This document shows positions 47,225 to 57,178 of a stretch of DNA of 64,000 nucleotides, piece by piece. Under the pieces are notes generated by a model, which was given only the letters and a program-made list of their open reading frames with translations, made no database searches and was not told where the DNA came from. Position 1 is the stretch's first letter. Each line of letters opens with the position of its first letter. This stretch comes from Candidatus Saccharimonadota bacterium. GTDB lineage: Bacteria; Patescibacteriota; Saccharimonadia; Saccharimonadales; JAQGHD01. A program made the position numbers and the translations under genes. The stretch covers positions 25,202-89,201 of the forward strand of contig JAQGHD010000019.1 of assembly GCA_028288965.1 (NCBI GenBank), read 5' to 3'.

Positions 47225-47644
47225 TCAAGCGGAGGCCACGGCATCAGCGTTACTGGAAGCATTGGTGCCCAGAATTTCTTTGATGATTTCTAGCACCTGC
47301 CCTGGCGTATGGTGAGCTTTGACTATGTAGCGGTCTACGCTCAAAAACCGTAGGATATGAGGCGCCTCGTCTTTGCTGATATTGGTCAGCACAATCACCC
47401 GAATATTACTTCCCCAATTGGTGGCGCGTAGGCGCTGGAGCATTTCATCCCCGCTCATTACCGGCATCCGCAAATCAAGCAAGATAAGATCGGGAACGAA
47501 CTCCTTGCACAGCTGCAAGCCCTCTTTCCCGTCATGAGCTGTCTTAACCTCATAGCCAGAACTCTTGAGCTTAAACTCATACATACTACAGATGGGGATA
47601 TCGTCTTCTATGACGGCAATTTTGGTTAGTTGTGTGTCAAACAT
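47225..47644 (-). CDS. Stand-alone response-regulator receiver domain protein (paralog 3)
   Basis: 139 aa; VIEDD...LLDLRMPVMSGDEML...VLTN. Confidence 0.75.
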   Translation of the reverse strand: MFDTQLTKIAVIEDDIPICSMYEFKLKSSGYEVKTAHDGKEGLQLCKEFVPDLILLDLRMPVMSGDEMLQRLRATNWGSNIRVIVLTNISKDEAPHILRFLSVDRYIVKAHHTPGQVLEIIKEILGTNASSNADAVASA

Positions 47645-47675
47645 GATATTTTCGATAAACTAAGTGCTTATTCTT

Positions 47676-47704
47676 GACATATTACACGTCTTATGTTAAA
47701 CTCA
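47676..47704 (+). promoter_or_regulatory. Candidate sigma70 promoter (TTGACA-17-TAAACT) for 47799..48767
   Basis: Read directly from the sequence in the divergent intergenic region. Confidence 0.4.
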
Positions 47705-47798
47705 CAAGCAGTTCTTTAGTAAATTAATGGCGACACAAATTCCTATTCAACTTTAGGAGTCATTGTGGCGTCATTTTTTAATTTACATAGGCAAGGTA

Positions 47799-48767
47799 AT
47801 GACAGACTTCCAGAATCCCATCGAACAGTTTCATCCGGCAGTAGCTGCCGAAGGCTTAACTTGGCCTGCAGCAATACCCAAACAGGTTAATGATAGTAAT
47901 GTTGAGCTCTTCCCACGTGAAGATAGTTTAGCCATTCATACAGCTCATATAGCACGACACACCCCCGATGCGCTAGATGAACTACCTGCAGAAGAAGTTG
48001 GAGTAATTGATTTTGACGCTGAGAGTCCCACTTTTCTTGGCAAGTTGCGTACTGTTATTGCAGCTATCCGAAGCGACTGGAAAAGAGAGTCAAACGCTGG
48101 CAAAGTATGGCTAGTATCAGCAATGGTTGGCCAAGCTGGCGAGCGTACACACTTATTAACTGAGGCAACCATTGCCCCTATTGCTGCACATGTTTTGCGG
48201 AGTACTCATAGTCCGTGGATGACCGGAGTTGCTTTGTTCAGTATGGTTGGAGCCGCCCAAGAGGGTATTGCTGCAACTTGGGTTGAAGGTATGCATCGCG
48301 CGCCAGAGACAACAGAAGCCGTTTATACTCAATTTCCGAAAACTATTGAACTGGCCGAGGATTTAGGCGCTGCCACAGATCGTAATTTGTTATCAAATGT
48401 TCGTGAAGGTATTTCAAGTTTTGCTACCTATGGCGTTACGCCGTACGTTGTTGCTGAAAAGCTGGCAAATCCAGAAACTACCAAGAAACAGAGCCATATT
48501 ACCGCAGCTGTTATGAGTGGTAAATGTGCTGTTACTGGTTTTGTACTTGGTGTTGGGGTAGGTGAGTTTGCTGTTCACAATCCAGCGGTTGGAAATCATG
48601 TTGTGAATTGGTTGGAGAAACCTTGGATATGGTGGGGTATCACTGCAGTTCTTGAAGGTCCGCGACTAATTAATAAACGCCTACAACGTAGAAAAATGCG
48701 TATGGCCGAGGCCGAAAATGCTTCCACAGAGGCTGTAATAGACAATGAACAATTGGAGGAAAGTTAA
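47799..48767 (+). CDS. Hypothetical protein
   Basis: ~322 aa; no motif; the ORF could start at 47763. Confidence 0.4.
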   Translation: MTDFQNPIEQFHPAVAAEGLTWPAAIPKQVNDSNVELFPREDSLAIHTAHIARHTPDALDELPAEEVGVIDFDAESPTFLGKLRTVIAAIRSDWKRESNAGKVWLVSAMVGQAGERTHLLTEATIAPIAAHVLRSTHSPWMTGVALFSMVGAAQEGIAATWVEGMHRAPETTEAVYTQFPKTIELAEDLGAATDRNLLSNVREGISSFATYGVTPYVVAEKLANPETTKKQSHITAAVMSGKCAVTGFVLGVGVGEFAVHNPAVGNHVVNWLEKPWIWWGITAVLEGPRLINKRLQRRKMRMAEAENASTEAVIDNEQLEES

Positions 48768-48769
48768 TC

Positions 48770-49582
48770 ATGCTTGATGTACAACCCAGAGACGGCTTAA
48801 TGCCAGGTTATGATAATTCGTTCGACAATGAGTCGCGATACGATTTGAGTCAAGAAGAACTTAATCTCCTAGAGACGGAGCTAGTTGAAAAAGCAAGAGC
48901 TATGACGGACCAAGAGTTCTGTGTCGCGTGGGTTACCCCAACTAGTCGGTTTGCTAACTTTATTCGCACCAAAGAAGTAAAAGAATTCCCTGAAGCAGCT
49001 GAAGTTGATGACTACTACGATAACCATCAACTATACTTGGCCTTGATAGACCTGCGGGGCGAAGGTAAGTTAGTTCATGCAGCTTCAATAATGGATTTTG
49101 ACGATCATGCTTCTGATCCCATGGAAGCAACAGAATATGATGAAAGAACAGGCTTTTATACCATTGATAGTTTGATTGCTCGCGGTAATTTTACAAAAGA
49201 TGAGTTTGTAGCTTATTACCAGGCACAAGGGGCAGATCTTGGCTCATCCATCTCAGTAGAAGTCAATTTTAAGATTCGTAAATTAGTAGAGCCTTTCTTG
49301 GGGTTGGGGACTGCTGATCTTGCCTACTTAAGCATATTTAACGCACTTATTGATAAAGGAGCTTCCAGAGAAAACACAGTAGTGTTTGCGTCTATCAATG
49401 AGCAACAAGCAAAATCATTAACGCGCAACGGCTTTAGGTATGCCCCATTAATGGATCGAACAGATTTTGATACAGAAGAGGGCGAGCTGGGTAAAGATTC
49501 GCTACCCGTAGCTATTGATTTTTCCAGCGCATACGATGTACTCGCTCCCTTACAAGTCAAATTAGCAGAAATCCACGTCTAG
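48770..49582 (+). CDS. Hypothetical acidic protein
   Basis: 270 aa; the start abuts the upstream stop. Confidence 0.4.
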   Translation: MLDVQPRDGLMPGYDNSFDNESRYDLSQEELNLLETELVEKARAMTDQEFCVAWVTPTSRFANFIRTKEVKEFPEAAEVDDYYDNHQLYLALIDLRGEGKLVHAASIMDFDDHASDPMEATEYDERTGFYTIDSLIARGNFTKDEFVAYYQAQGADLGSSISVEVNFKIRKLVEPFLGLGTADLAYLSIFNALIDKGASRENTVVFASINEQQAKSLTRNGFRYAPLMDRTDFDTEEGELGKDSLPVAIDFSSAYDVLAPLQVKLAEIHV

Positions 49583-49584
49583 TT

Positions 49585-50481
49585 TTAGGCGCCGCGACTT
49601 ATCCAATATTTCTTAAAGTATTTTGTGGGCACATAAGATTGCTTAGCCTTTTTTAAGCCCGATAAGCCCAAATCTTGTTCCCAGTTGACAATCTTCGACT
49701 TTTTTACCAGCGATTGTGCAGCTTCATTGATTAAGACTACACCAGCGCCTAAATAAACATCGTTGAGTGATTTTTCAAAATGACAGAGGGTATATGTCTT
49801 GTTGATGACTTCATGAATCGAAAATCCATTCAACTTGCCATCTATGCGGCACAAAGTAAGGTGTAAATTGAAGTGGTCAGAATTACTAAGCAATCTATTT
49901 ATGGCAATGTATTCAAGGCGAACCTTTTGTATGGGTTGTGTTGAGTGTTTTTCCCAAGCTCTGAAAATCGCTAACATCTCTTGTTGCAAGCTTGGCGTTA
50001 TTGTATTGGTTGTTGTTGTTTCTAATCTTGATCCTAGGATTTCTTTGGTGCTGTTAAAGAGATTCCTTTTGTTTTTATATTTTTTTCCAGACATATCCGC
50101 TAATTTCTTCAAAAAGTACACATAGTCAAAGCTGCCTCTATCTTCGGCAAGGGCTAATCCACCATGGTGTTTTATGGATCCAATAACTATCTCGGGCACG
50201 AGGTCGAGTTGTGGAACATCATCGAGCAGTATCCTAAGAGAATCATCCATTTTATTTGTTCCGAGTATGGAATATATAAACTGGCCAGCTTTTAAATAAT
50301 CGGGCAGTTTAATGACGAGGTTGTTATTTAGCCAAGCAATCCCTGCTCGACCGTTTGTATTCCAAGAGAACAAGTTAATGAAGCTGAAGTCTGAGTACGG
50401 CTCATACTTATGAGTGAAGTTGGTTATTTCGTCCTGAACCTTTAGATCAATAGGCGAAAAGTTTGGGTATTTTGATATCAC
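49585..50481 (-). CDS. Stand-alone DUF2156-like protein (aminoacyl-PG-synthase C-terminal-domain-like / FemAB-like acyltransferase fold)
   Basis: 298 aa; YSDFSFINLFSW and KKYKNKRNLFNSTK resemble the DUF2156 signature blocks also seen in the MprF C-terminal domain. Confidence 0.4.
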   Translation of the reverse strand: MISKYPNFSPIDLKVQDEITNFTHKYEPYSDFSFINLFSWNTNGRAGIAWLNNNLVIKLPDYLKAGQFIYSILGTNKMDDSLRILLDDVPQLDLVPEIVIGSIKHHGGLALAEDRGSFDYVYFLKKLADMSGKKYKNKRNLFNSTKEILGSRLETTTTNTITPSLQQEMLAIFRAWEKHSTQPIQKVRLEYIAINRLLSNSDHFNLHLTLCRIDGKLNGFSIHEVINKTYTLCHFEKSLNDVYLGAGVVLINEAAQSLVKKSKIVNWEQDLGLSGLKKAKQSYVPTKYFKKYWISRGA

Positions 50482-50571
50482 TAGCGAATTATTATATATG
50501 AATATGAGCCTACATTGCTTTCAAATGTGATATGGCTTGTTCGATTTCTCTGTTATTCTTAGATGTAGCTT

Positions 50572-52767
50572 ATGCTTACCGATTTAGTAATTGCTATAGT
50601 CTGTACCATTATCATGTCCATTCTCGGACTAGTGATAGTGCTTAGAAATCCAAAAAATACGACCAATTTACAGTTTGGCTTTTTGTCATTTTCTATATCT
50701 GCCTGGTCTGTTTTTAACTACTTCTCTGGTGGGAGTTCGACTAATCGTTTAGTATTACAACTTGTTTTCTTCTTTGGGGTACTCACGGCCTATTCCCTGA
50801 TAGTATTTATGCTTAACTTCCCGATTAGTATTTCCGCGAGTCGTTTTATTAGTCGAGTTTTAACATATGCAACGGCCATTATGCTGGTTGTGGTTTTTCT
50901 CCCTGGGTTTATAAAAAACATTACAAAAGATAACATCGAAACAGGCAGTCTATATATTGTTTTTATTGTCTATGCCTTGATCGCTCTCGGTTTACTGGCA
51001 TTCTTAGCATCTGTGCAAATTAGAGCCTCAAAGACTAAAACATCAAAGCAACAAGCAAAGCTCATAGCTCTGGGAGTTATGCTCTATGCTGTGTTTGCGC
51101 TTCTGTCCAATGTCATCATCCCTTTATTTGTTGATAATTGGACAAGCTCAAGGTTTGGTCCCGTTTTTTCACTGTTGCTTGTAGCCATGGTTGCGTACAG
51201 CATTGTGAAGCATAGGCTGTTTGATATTCGATTGATCGTGGCCAGGTTTTTGGCATACGTTCTACTGCTCGCTAGTTTGACTACCACCTACGCGATCATT
51301 GTTTACGCATTTACGCAGAAAATTACTTTCAGGGGCGATCTAAGCTTTATTAAGAATGCGATACCTTTCGTGGCAGCTATATTAATTGCACTCAGTTTCC
51401 AGACTGTAAAAAAATTCTTTGATCGAGTGTCAAACAAATATTTTTATCAAGACGCTTATGACCCGCAGCTGTTTCTTGATGAACTAAATAAAATACTTGT
51501 TTCAACAATTGAAATTAAGACTTTGCTGGAGAAAGTAGCTGACCAAATAAACCTCAATCTTAAATCTCAGTTTGCAATATTTAGTATCAAAAGTACTCCT
51601 CACACTGATAGCCGTAGTGCTGGTAGTCCAGGCACGTTACGGGTAGATAGCGATGGTGTTCATGAAGTAATTACTGCCATGAGTAGCCTCAGACAAAAAA
51701 TTATAGTTGCCGATGATATTGAGGATGAAGCAAACTTAAAGAAATTATTAACTAAACATAATATTGCCATGCTTCTCCGATTAACAAGTTCTGGAAAAGA
51801 TTCAAAAGAAAGTGTTGGCTACTTGTTGCTGGGCGCCAAAAAAAGTGGCAGTCCTTATAGCAACAATGACACAAAAATTATGGGCATTATCACCAATGAG
51901 TTAGTCATCGCCATTCAAAATGCGCTACGTTTTGAGGAGATCCAGCAATTCAACCTGACCTTGCAGCAGAAAGTGGACGATGCCACACACAAACTTCGGC
52001 AGACCAACGAAAAACTGAGGCAACTGGATGAGACCAAGGACGAGTTCATTAGCATGGCTTCGCACCAACTGCGAACGCCGTTAACTAGTGTGAAGGGCTA
52101 TGTCAGCATGGTGCTGGAAGGTGACGCCGGTAAGGTGAGCAAATCGCAAAAAGATCTGCTGAATCAAGCGTTTACGAGTAGTCAGCGCATGGTTTACTTG
52201 ATTGCAGATCTGCTCAACGTCTCACGTTTGCGCACCGGAAAATTTGTGATTGACGCCAAACCTACAAACTTGGCTGATGTAGTACAAGGTGAAATCGGTC
52301 AGCTGATAGAAACTGCTAAAGGCCGTAACTTGGAGCTAACCTACCACAAGCCAGACCACTTCCCTGTGCTAAATCTGGACGATACTAAAACCCGCCAGGT
52401 AATTATGAACTTTATAGATAACGCCATTTATTACACCCCTGCCAAAGGGCATATTAAGGTGAATTTGGCCGAGAGCGATGATGCCGTCGAGTTCACGGTG
52501 GTTGATAATGGCTTGGGTGTGCCTAAAGCTGAACAGCACCATTTATTTACCAAGTTTTATCGGGCTGGTAATGCCAAAAAAGCCCGGCCAGATGGCACGG
52601 GACTGGGACTATTTATGGCCAGAAAAGTTATTGTCGCCGAAGGGGGCGCCGTGATCTTTAAGAGTGAAGAAGGCAAGGGCAGTACCTTTGGCTTTAGCTT
52701 CCCCAAGTCCAAGTTGCTGGTACATGACAGCCCCGCCAAAAATTCTCCAGCCGTTGCTACCAAGTAA
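50572..52767 (+). CDS. Sensor histidine kinase with multi-TM N-terminal sensor, central GAF-like region, HisKA + HATPase_c
   Basis: About 7 TM helices; H-box ISMASHQLRTPLTSVKGY; N-box NFIDNAIYYT; G-boxes DNGLGV and GTGLGLFMARKV. Confidence 0.8.
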   Translation: MLTDLVIAIVCTIIMSILGLVIVLRNPKNTTNLQFGFLSFSISAWSVFNYFSGGSSTNRLVLQLVFFFGVLTAYSLIVFMLNFPISISASRFISRVLTYATAIMLVVVFLPGFIKNITKDNIETGSLYIVFIVYALIALGLLAFLASVQIRASKTKTSKQQAKLIALGVMLYAVFALLSNVIIPLFVDNWTSSRFGPVFSLLLVAMVAYSIVKHRLFDIRLIVARFLAYVLLLASLTTTYAIIVYAFTQKITFRGDLSFIKNAIPFVAAILIALSFQTVKKFFDRVSNKYFYQDAYDPQLFLDELNKILVSTIEIKTLLEKVADQINLNLKSQFAIFSIKSTPHTDSRSAGSPGTLRVDSDGVHEVITAMSSLRQKIIVADDIEDEANLKKLLTKHNIAMLLRLTSSGKDSKESVGYLLLGAKKSGSPYSNNDTKIMGIITNELVIAIQNALRFEEIQQFNLTLQQKVDDATHKLRQTNEKLRQLDETKDEFISMASHQLRTPLTSVKGYVSMVLEGDAGKVSKSQKDLLNQAFTSSQRMVYLIADLLNVSRLRTGKFVIDAKPTNLADVVQGEIGQLIETAKGRNLELTYHKPDHFPVLNLDDTKTRQVIMNFIDNAIYYTPAKGHIKVNLAESDDAVEFTVVDNGLGVPKAEQHHLFTKFYRAGNAKKARPDGTGLGLFMARKVIVAEGGAVIFKSEEGKGSTFGFSFPKSKLLVHDSPAKNSPAVATK

Positions 52768-52848
52768 AAGCTTTTATCTATGAGTTAATTCTCACAGATT
52801 TTCACGGTTTATTGCTAGTATTATAGGTAAAGTATTACGGAGGTTACT

Positions 52849-53994
52849 ATGCGACGGATCTTGATGCGTTGGCGAAAAACAGGGGTCGGGCTAGTGGTGG
52901 CGTCTGTGCTACTAGCGGCTGGGGCTGGAAACTTTTCACGGCCCGCTATAGCCCAAACTGGCAATCAACGCGACTGTGACAGCAACGCAGTTATTACCTG
53001 TGGGGCCTTGACCGTCGATGAGCTCAAGAGCAAATACCAAGCCAACAGTAGTGTTCAGGCCATTTATAAAGAGTTTGGCATAACTAGCCTGCAGTCCTTG
53101 GATGGATTGGTGGCTGGCTCCGTGACGCGTGATGGCCAGGTGTTGGTTAATAATAAAGTGGTAGCAACGAATGCCGTGACGGCTGGTCGGCAAAACATGC
53201 CGGGTAGTACCCCTATAGCCAACGGCGCTGCTTTTAAGCGAGCACCAAGCGTATCGTTTGCCAGTGGCGTGACCTCACTTCCGGCCCTGGTGAGTATAGG
53301 CCGAGACAATACTTTTGCTTTTGCCGTACTTACCTCTTGCGGTAATCCGGTTATGGCTACACCAGTGGCTAAGCCGCCTCAACCAAAACCTCAGCCGCAG
53401 CCCAAACCAGCACCCAACTTTACCATTACCAAACAGGTGCGGGTAAAAGGCACCACTAACTGGCAAGGTGATGTTAAGGCCAATACCAATGATCACGTGG
53501 AGTTTAAGGTAGTTATTCATAATACCGGCAACGTAAGTCTCATTAACACCCAGCTGCAAGATACACTGCCAGACGGTTTGTTTCTGGAAAGCAATAGCGT
53601 GGTCATCAATGGTCAGCATGACTCCAGCACTTTCTTCCATACACTAATGAGCTTGGGTGAGCTGAAAAAGGATGGTACCGACACCATTGTGTTCGAAACG
53701 TTTCTGAGCAATAGCGCGGTAGGCTGCGGCAAAGACCGGCTTAAAAACGTAGCCATGGCTAAGACTAGTCAGCTGCCAGCCAAGCAAGCCACGGCCACAG
53801 TTCAGGTTTGCCAGCCGCAAGTATTGGCTACTACAACACCGATTGCTACGCCGCAATCTCCGCAGTCTCCAGCTCCTCCTACAACCATAGCTGCTACGGG
53901 CGCCAGCAATCTTGTGCCTTTATTTGTCGCCACCAGTCTAGGTGCTGGCCTGGCCTACAACGTCTTTATCCGTGTTCGCCGTCTACCGGTATAA
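52849..53994 (+). CDS. Secreted DUF11-domain surface protein with C-terminal sorting-signal-like IAATG + TM + RVRR
   Basis: Signal peptide; ITKQVRVKGTTNWQGDVKANTNDHVEFKVVIHNTGNVSLINTQLQDTLPDGL fits the DUF11 repeat; C-terminus TTIAATGASNLVPLFVATSLGAGLAYNVFIRVRRLPV. Confidence 0.55.
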   Translation: MRRILMRWRKTGVGLVVASVLLAAGAGNFSRPAIAQTGNQRDCDSNAVITCGALTVDELKSKYQANSSVQAIYKEFGITSLQSLDGLVAGSVTRDGQVLVNNKVVATNAVTAGRQNMPGSTPIANGAAFKRAPSVSFASGVTSLPALVSIGRDNTFAFAVLTSCGNPVMATPVAKPPQPKPQPQPKPAPNFTITKQVRVKGTTNWQGDVKANTNDHVEFKVVIHNTGNVSLINTQLQDTLPDGLFLESNSVVINGQHDSSTFFHTLMSLGELKKDGTDTIVFETFLSNSAVGCGKDRLKNVAMAKTSQLPAKQATATVQVCQPQVLATTTPIATPQSPQSPAPPTTIAATGASNLVPLFVATSLGAGLAYNVFIRVRRLPV

Positions 53995-54043
53995 CGTTTG
54001 GCATAAGCGATTTGCACTCAGCTTAAGATTGTTATGCTAAATA

Positions 54044-54072
54044 TTGACATTTACTCTGTTATGTGATATATT
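54044..54072 (+). promoter_or_regulatory. Strong sigma70-type promoter (TTGACA-17-TATATT with extended-10 TG)
   Basis: ATATTGACATttactctgttatgTGaTATATT; near-identical in design to the promoter at 57179. Confidence 0.55.
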
Positions 54073-54435
54073 TGGAACATCCTAACCTTAGGTGTGGAAG
54101 AAGTTCCGTTACTAGAGAAATCAGCGTTAGACAAGCAGAACTCCGTGTAAACGAAAATCTGCTGCTTTTACGTCTGGTTTCACCAGGAATCTAAGGATAT
54201 AGGGGTGCCTTAACAAGTTGAATCATTACAGAACAGTTATTATCTGTTAACGGATATAACCTTGGACAGACCATCTAATACTAGTACTCCTGTGATAACA
54301 GGGGTAGTTTATGCGTGCTAGGCACGCATGGCTAGTGTTAAGGCGGTCTGTCCACGGTTGAGGCATTAATTGCCTCCCGAAAGGCAGATAAGCAACTACA
54401 AAACCTATGCAAATCAAAAGATATTTCCGAACCAT

Positions 54436-54494
54436 GTGAAATGAAAGACATCTTTGCCGATAAATTTTGTCGGCTTAGATGTCTTTCATTTCAC
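54436..54494. repeat. Perfect 17-bp inverted repeat (GTGAAATGAAAGACATC / GATGTCTTTCATTTCAC) with nested 5-bp hairpin in the 25-nt spacer
   Basis: Read directly; lies ~95 nt upstream of the first GC-rich island gene; no flanking T-run. Confidence 0.7.
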
Positions 54495-54590
54495 AATGGA
54501 AATCCTGTGCTTGCCTGTATGTGGAGCAAAGGAGAAAGGCAATCTGCAATATCCCTCAACGCATACCAGCGCAATAGGAAGGAATCGGAA

Positions 54591-55217
54591 ATGCCCATCA
54601 ATGTCACTGACATTGTCACCGCCGCAGCCGACGTCGAGAAGGACGAGGACAAGGCCGCCCAGAAGCGCATCGCCGCCATCATCAATAGGATGGTTCGCGT
54701 GTACAACTCGGGTGGCAATACCACGGTCTTCGATTCGGTCGAGCTGCTCCTCGGCATCAAGCCGGGCGGCGTCAAGGAGCTCCTCACCCAATTGGGCATT
54801 ACCCTGCCCAACGAGGACGAACCCGACAACACACCGCGTGCGTTAAACGCACCCGGAGCCTCACGCAGGAACATCCACAACTGGGTGGACGTGTACGAGA
54901 ACCGAGAGGGCACTGTCAAGTCGACCGATGTCGACAAGGTCCTGGCCGGCGACATGGTGAAGATCAACGAGTACAACCTCGCACCGATCTTCGCTAATGA
55001 CGACCCGAGCCAGATCGTCGGCTACTACAAGCGACCCGTGCCCGCTCCGGCGCCTGCCCCGACCAACGACACCGTCGTGGTTGCCGGCAAGCGTGGGAAG
55101 CCCGACACGGTCATCAACAGAGTTGACTACCAAGCGAACTCGGCTGCATACCGCGTGCTCGAGCACCACCCCGATGGCACGCCGAAGCGAGTCGCCAAGT
55201 TGCCCCGAGTTCTCTAG
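54591..55217 (+). CDS. Hypothetical protein (GC-rich island gene 1)
   Basis: SD AGGAAGGAAT upstream of the MPINVT start; GC3-rich codon usage unlike the flanks; the 54441 start in the ORF track would run through the inverted repeat. Confidence 0.45.
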   Translation: MPINVTDIVTAAADVEKDEDKAAQKRIAAIINRMVRVYNSGGNTTVFDSVELLLGIKPGGVKELLTQLGITLPNEDEPDNTPRALNAPGASRRNIHNWVDVYENREGTVKSTDVDKVLAGDMVKINEYNLAPIFANDDPSQIVGYYKRPVPAPAPAPTNDTVVVAGKRGKPDTVINRVDYQANSAAYRVLEHHPDGTPKRVAKLPRVL

Positions 55218-55303
55218 GAACCAAGACGAAAGCCCGGAAAGCTAACTAAATTTCCGAGGGGGCGTTCCGAACGAGCGGACATGCTTTGGCATGAGAGAAT
55301 GTC

Positions 55304-56731
55304 ATGTTCTCTACGTCCACGAAGTCGTACAGTTCACCTAAGACAGGAGGTGACCAGTTGGTCATCAAGTTACTACTGCTGATCATGGCCGCCGCATCCC
55401 TCGCGCTTGTGGTGGTTAGCTGGAAAAGAAAGGTGGCCATTGGTCGCCGCTACCACTACTTCAGGGCACTGCCGATGACTGCGGCCGCCGCTGTGGTGTT
55501 GGTAATCGCTGCCACACTTGCGTGGTCAAACACGCACGCGGACGGCCAGACGGTTACTACCACGACCACTACGTCGTCGACCACGGTTGGTCTCCCGACC
55601 AACGGCTCCATCCCCAAGGGCGGAGTCACCATCAAGGTCAGCGACGAGGTGATCAAGAAGATCACAGTCCGTACGGCATCGTTCGACTGCCCGACGCTGG
55701 TTACCAGCCACGGCGGAAGCACGATGGCCTCACTCAACGAGACGGTTGTTGTCCCCAGCGTGAACGTGTACAAGGATGTTTCGACCAGCCGCAAGGCCTC
55801 GGACAACCTCGACACGCCACTGCCGGGCAAGACGCCGACTCAGCAACGGGACTACCTGCGAGCCCGCATCTGCGAGAACGCCCTTTTGGGTGGCTCGTGG
55901 GCGAACATGCTCGCTGGGTTGAACTTCGACGGCATTTCGGTGCTGAAGCAAAACCCATGGTTGCGCCAGTTCGCTGACGTGTCCAAGGTGAACGATCGAG
56001 CGGAGTACTACTTTCCGTTCATCAACATCAAGTCCCCCGAAAAGACGCTGACCGATGCCCAGAAGGTCCTCGCCGTCCGGCGCAACATTGCCTGGCAGCA
56101 AGAGGCCGAGCTCATCGGGACGCTCATCGGGCAGTTCCAGATCGTTGGTGACCAAGCGCCTACAAGCGTGCGGAACTGGCATCTGGCAATGCACGGAAGT
56201 GAGGTCAAGGCCCACGCGTTCCCCGAAGTCGGGCTCAACCCCCTCCAGGAGAACCGTCCGGCGTTGGTAATTCGGTTGATTGACAAGGGCGCTTGCGCTC
56301 CTTGGCTCGCAATCGGTGCCAACCTGGAAGACAAGCGACCGGAAGTCTTCATGGAAGCTCCGAAGCTCGTCTGCCAACGGCCTAAGCCCAAGCCGCGTCC
56401 TGGTACGCCTGGTTCGACGAGCCCTCACCGGCCGCCGACACACGGAACGACCACGACCACCCGGCCGGGGACGACCACGACCACTCAGCCGACAACGTCG
56501 ACCACAGTGGTTTGTTCCTCCGGCAAATGCCAGCCACCAAACACAGTTGCACCACCCCCAATAACGGCAGCGCCGTCTACCACGACAACCACGTCACACG
56601 GCGCTGGACAAGGTGGTTCCGGTACTGGTGAGTCGACAAACACGACGACTCCGTCGCCGACGTCTGTACCTTCGGGCACGACGCCGACTTCTACCGCTAC
56701 CGGCGGGGATACTGGGGCTCCGCCTCCGTAA
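55304..56731 (+). CDS. Membrane-anchored secreted protein with T/P-rich C-terminal tail (GC-rich island gene 2)
   Basis: N-terminal TMs, central domain, C-terminal TTTTRPGTTTTTQPTTSTT... mucin-like tail; very GC-rich. Confidence 0.5.
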   Translation: MFSTSTKSYSSPKTGGDQLVIKLLLLIMAAASLALVVVSWKRKVAIGRRYHYFRALPMTAAAAVVLVIAATLAWSNTHADGQTVTTTTTTSSTTVGLPTNGSIPKGGVTIKVSDEVIKKITVRTASFDCPTLVTSHGGSTMASLNETVVVPSVNVYKDVSTSRKASDNLDTPLPGKTPTQQRDYLRARICENALLGGSWANMLAGLNFDGISVLKQNPWLRQFADVSKVNDRAEYYFPFINIKSPEKTLTDAQKVLAVRRNIAWQQEAELIGTLIGQFQIVGDQAPTSVRNWHLAMHGSEVKAHAFPEVGLNPLQENRPALVIRLIDKGACAPWLAIGANLEDKRPEVFMEAPKLVCQRPKPKPRPGTPGSTSPHRPPTHGTTTTTRPGTTTTTQPTTSTTVVCSSGKCQPPNTVAPPPITAAPSTTTTTSHGAGQGGSGTGESTNTTTPSPTSVPSGTTPTSTATGGDTGAPPP

Positions 56732-57178
56732 GCCGCTGTAGCGACGAGTTTGCGCCTATTGCGCAAAATAGACTGGTCTCTCGCCCATCCCTCTAAGTAC
56801 GTATGCCGCTCACCCGGTGTACTTAGCTGTCTAGTAAGGGAGAAACAAAATTTCGAGCATCCGCTCGAAATGCGAGTGAGGTTCCTGGGACGTCATGTTG
56901 ACGTGCATCCTTTGGATTCGTGAGAATTCATAAAAACCAGGTCGATTTGCATTGGTCATGATCGCACCCTCACGGGTTGCTTGAACATGGAGCTGTAGTT
57001 GCGCTCAAGCTGGGGCTGTTTGGTTCGAAATTTGATCTCCTTTTGGAGACCACCTTTCGATATCAAATAGCCCCGCTTTACCCATGTTTTGTAATGATTT
57101 AACTTTACCTCCGCCAAAAGCAATTGACGAAGGAGAAGCTAGGTTCATTAACAATTGAAAACAATTAAACGTAAGCAT

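Noticed and set aside
54195-54215. TPP-riboswitch-like GGGGTGCC motif at about 54203
   Set aside because: The remaining TPP aptamer elements (CTGAGA; ACCTGATCTGGATAATGCCAGCG) are absent.
54441-54590. N-terminal 50 codons of ORF 54441..55217
   Set aside because: This extension would be translated through the 17-bp perfect inverted repeat and is AT-rich, unlike the rest of the gene. The Met at 54591 has an SD and marks the switch to GC-rich coding DNA.
55456-56766. Minus-strand and alternative-frame ORFs inside the GC-rich block (55456..55830, 55526..55711, 55730..56443, 55734..55958, 56008..56391, 56485..56766 and others)
   Set aside because: In >60% GC DNA stop codons are rare in all frames. 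These ORFs have R/P/A-rich low-complexity translations and overlap the better-supported plus-strand genes.
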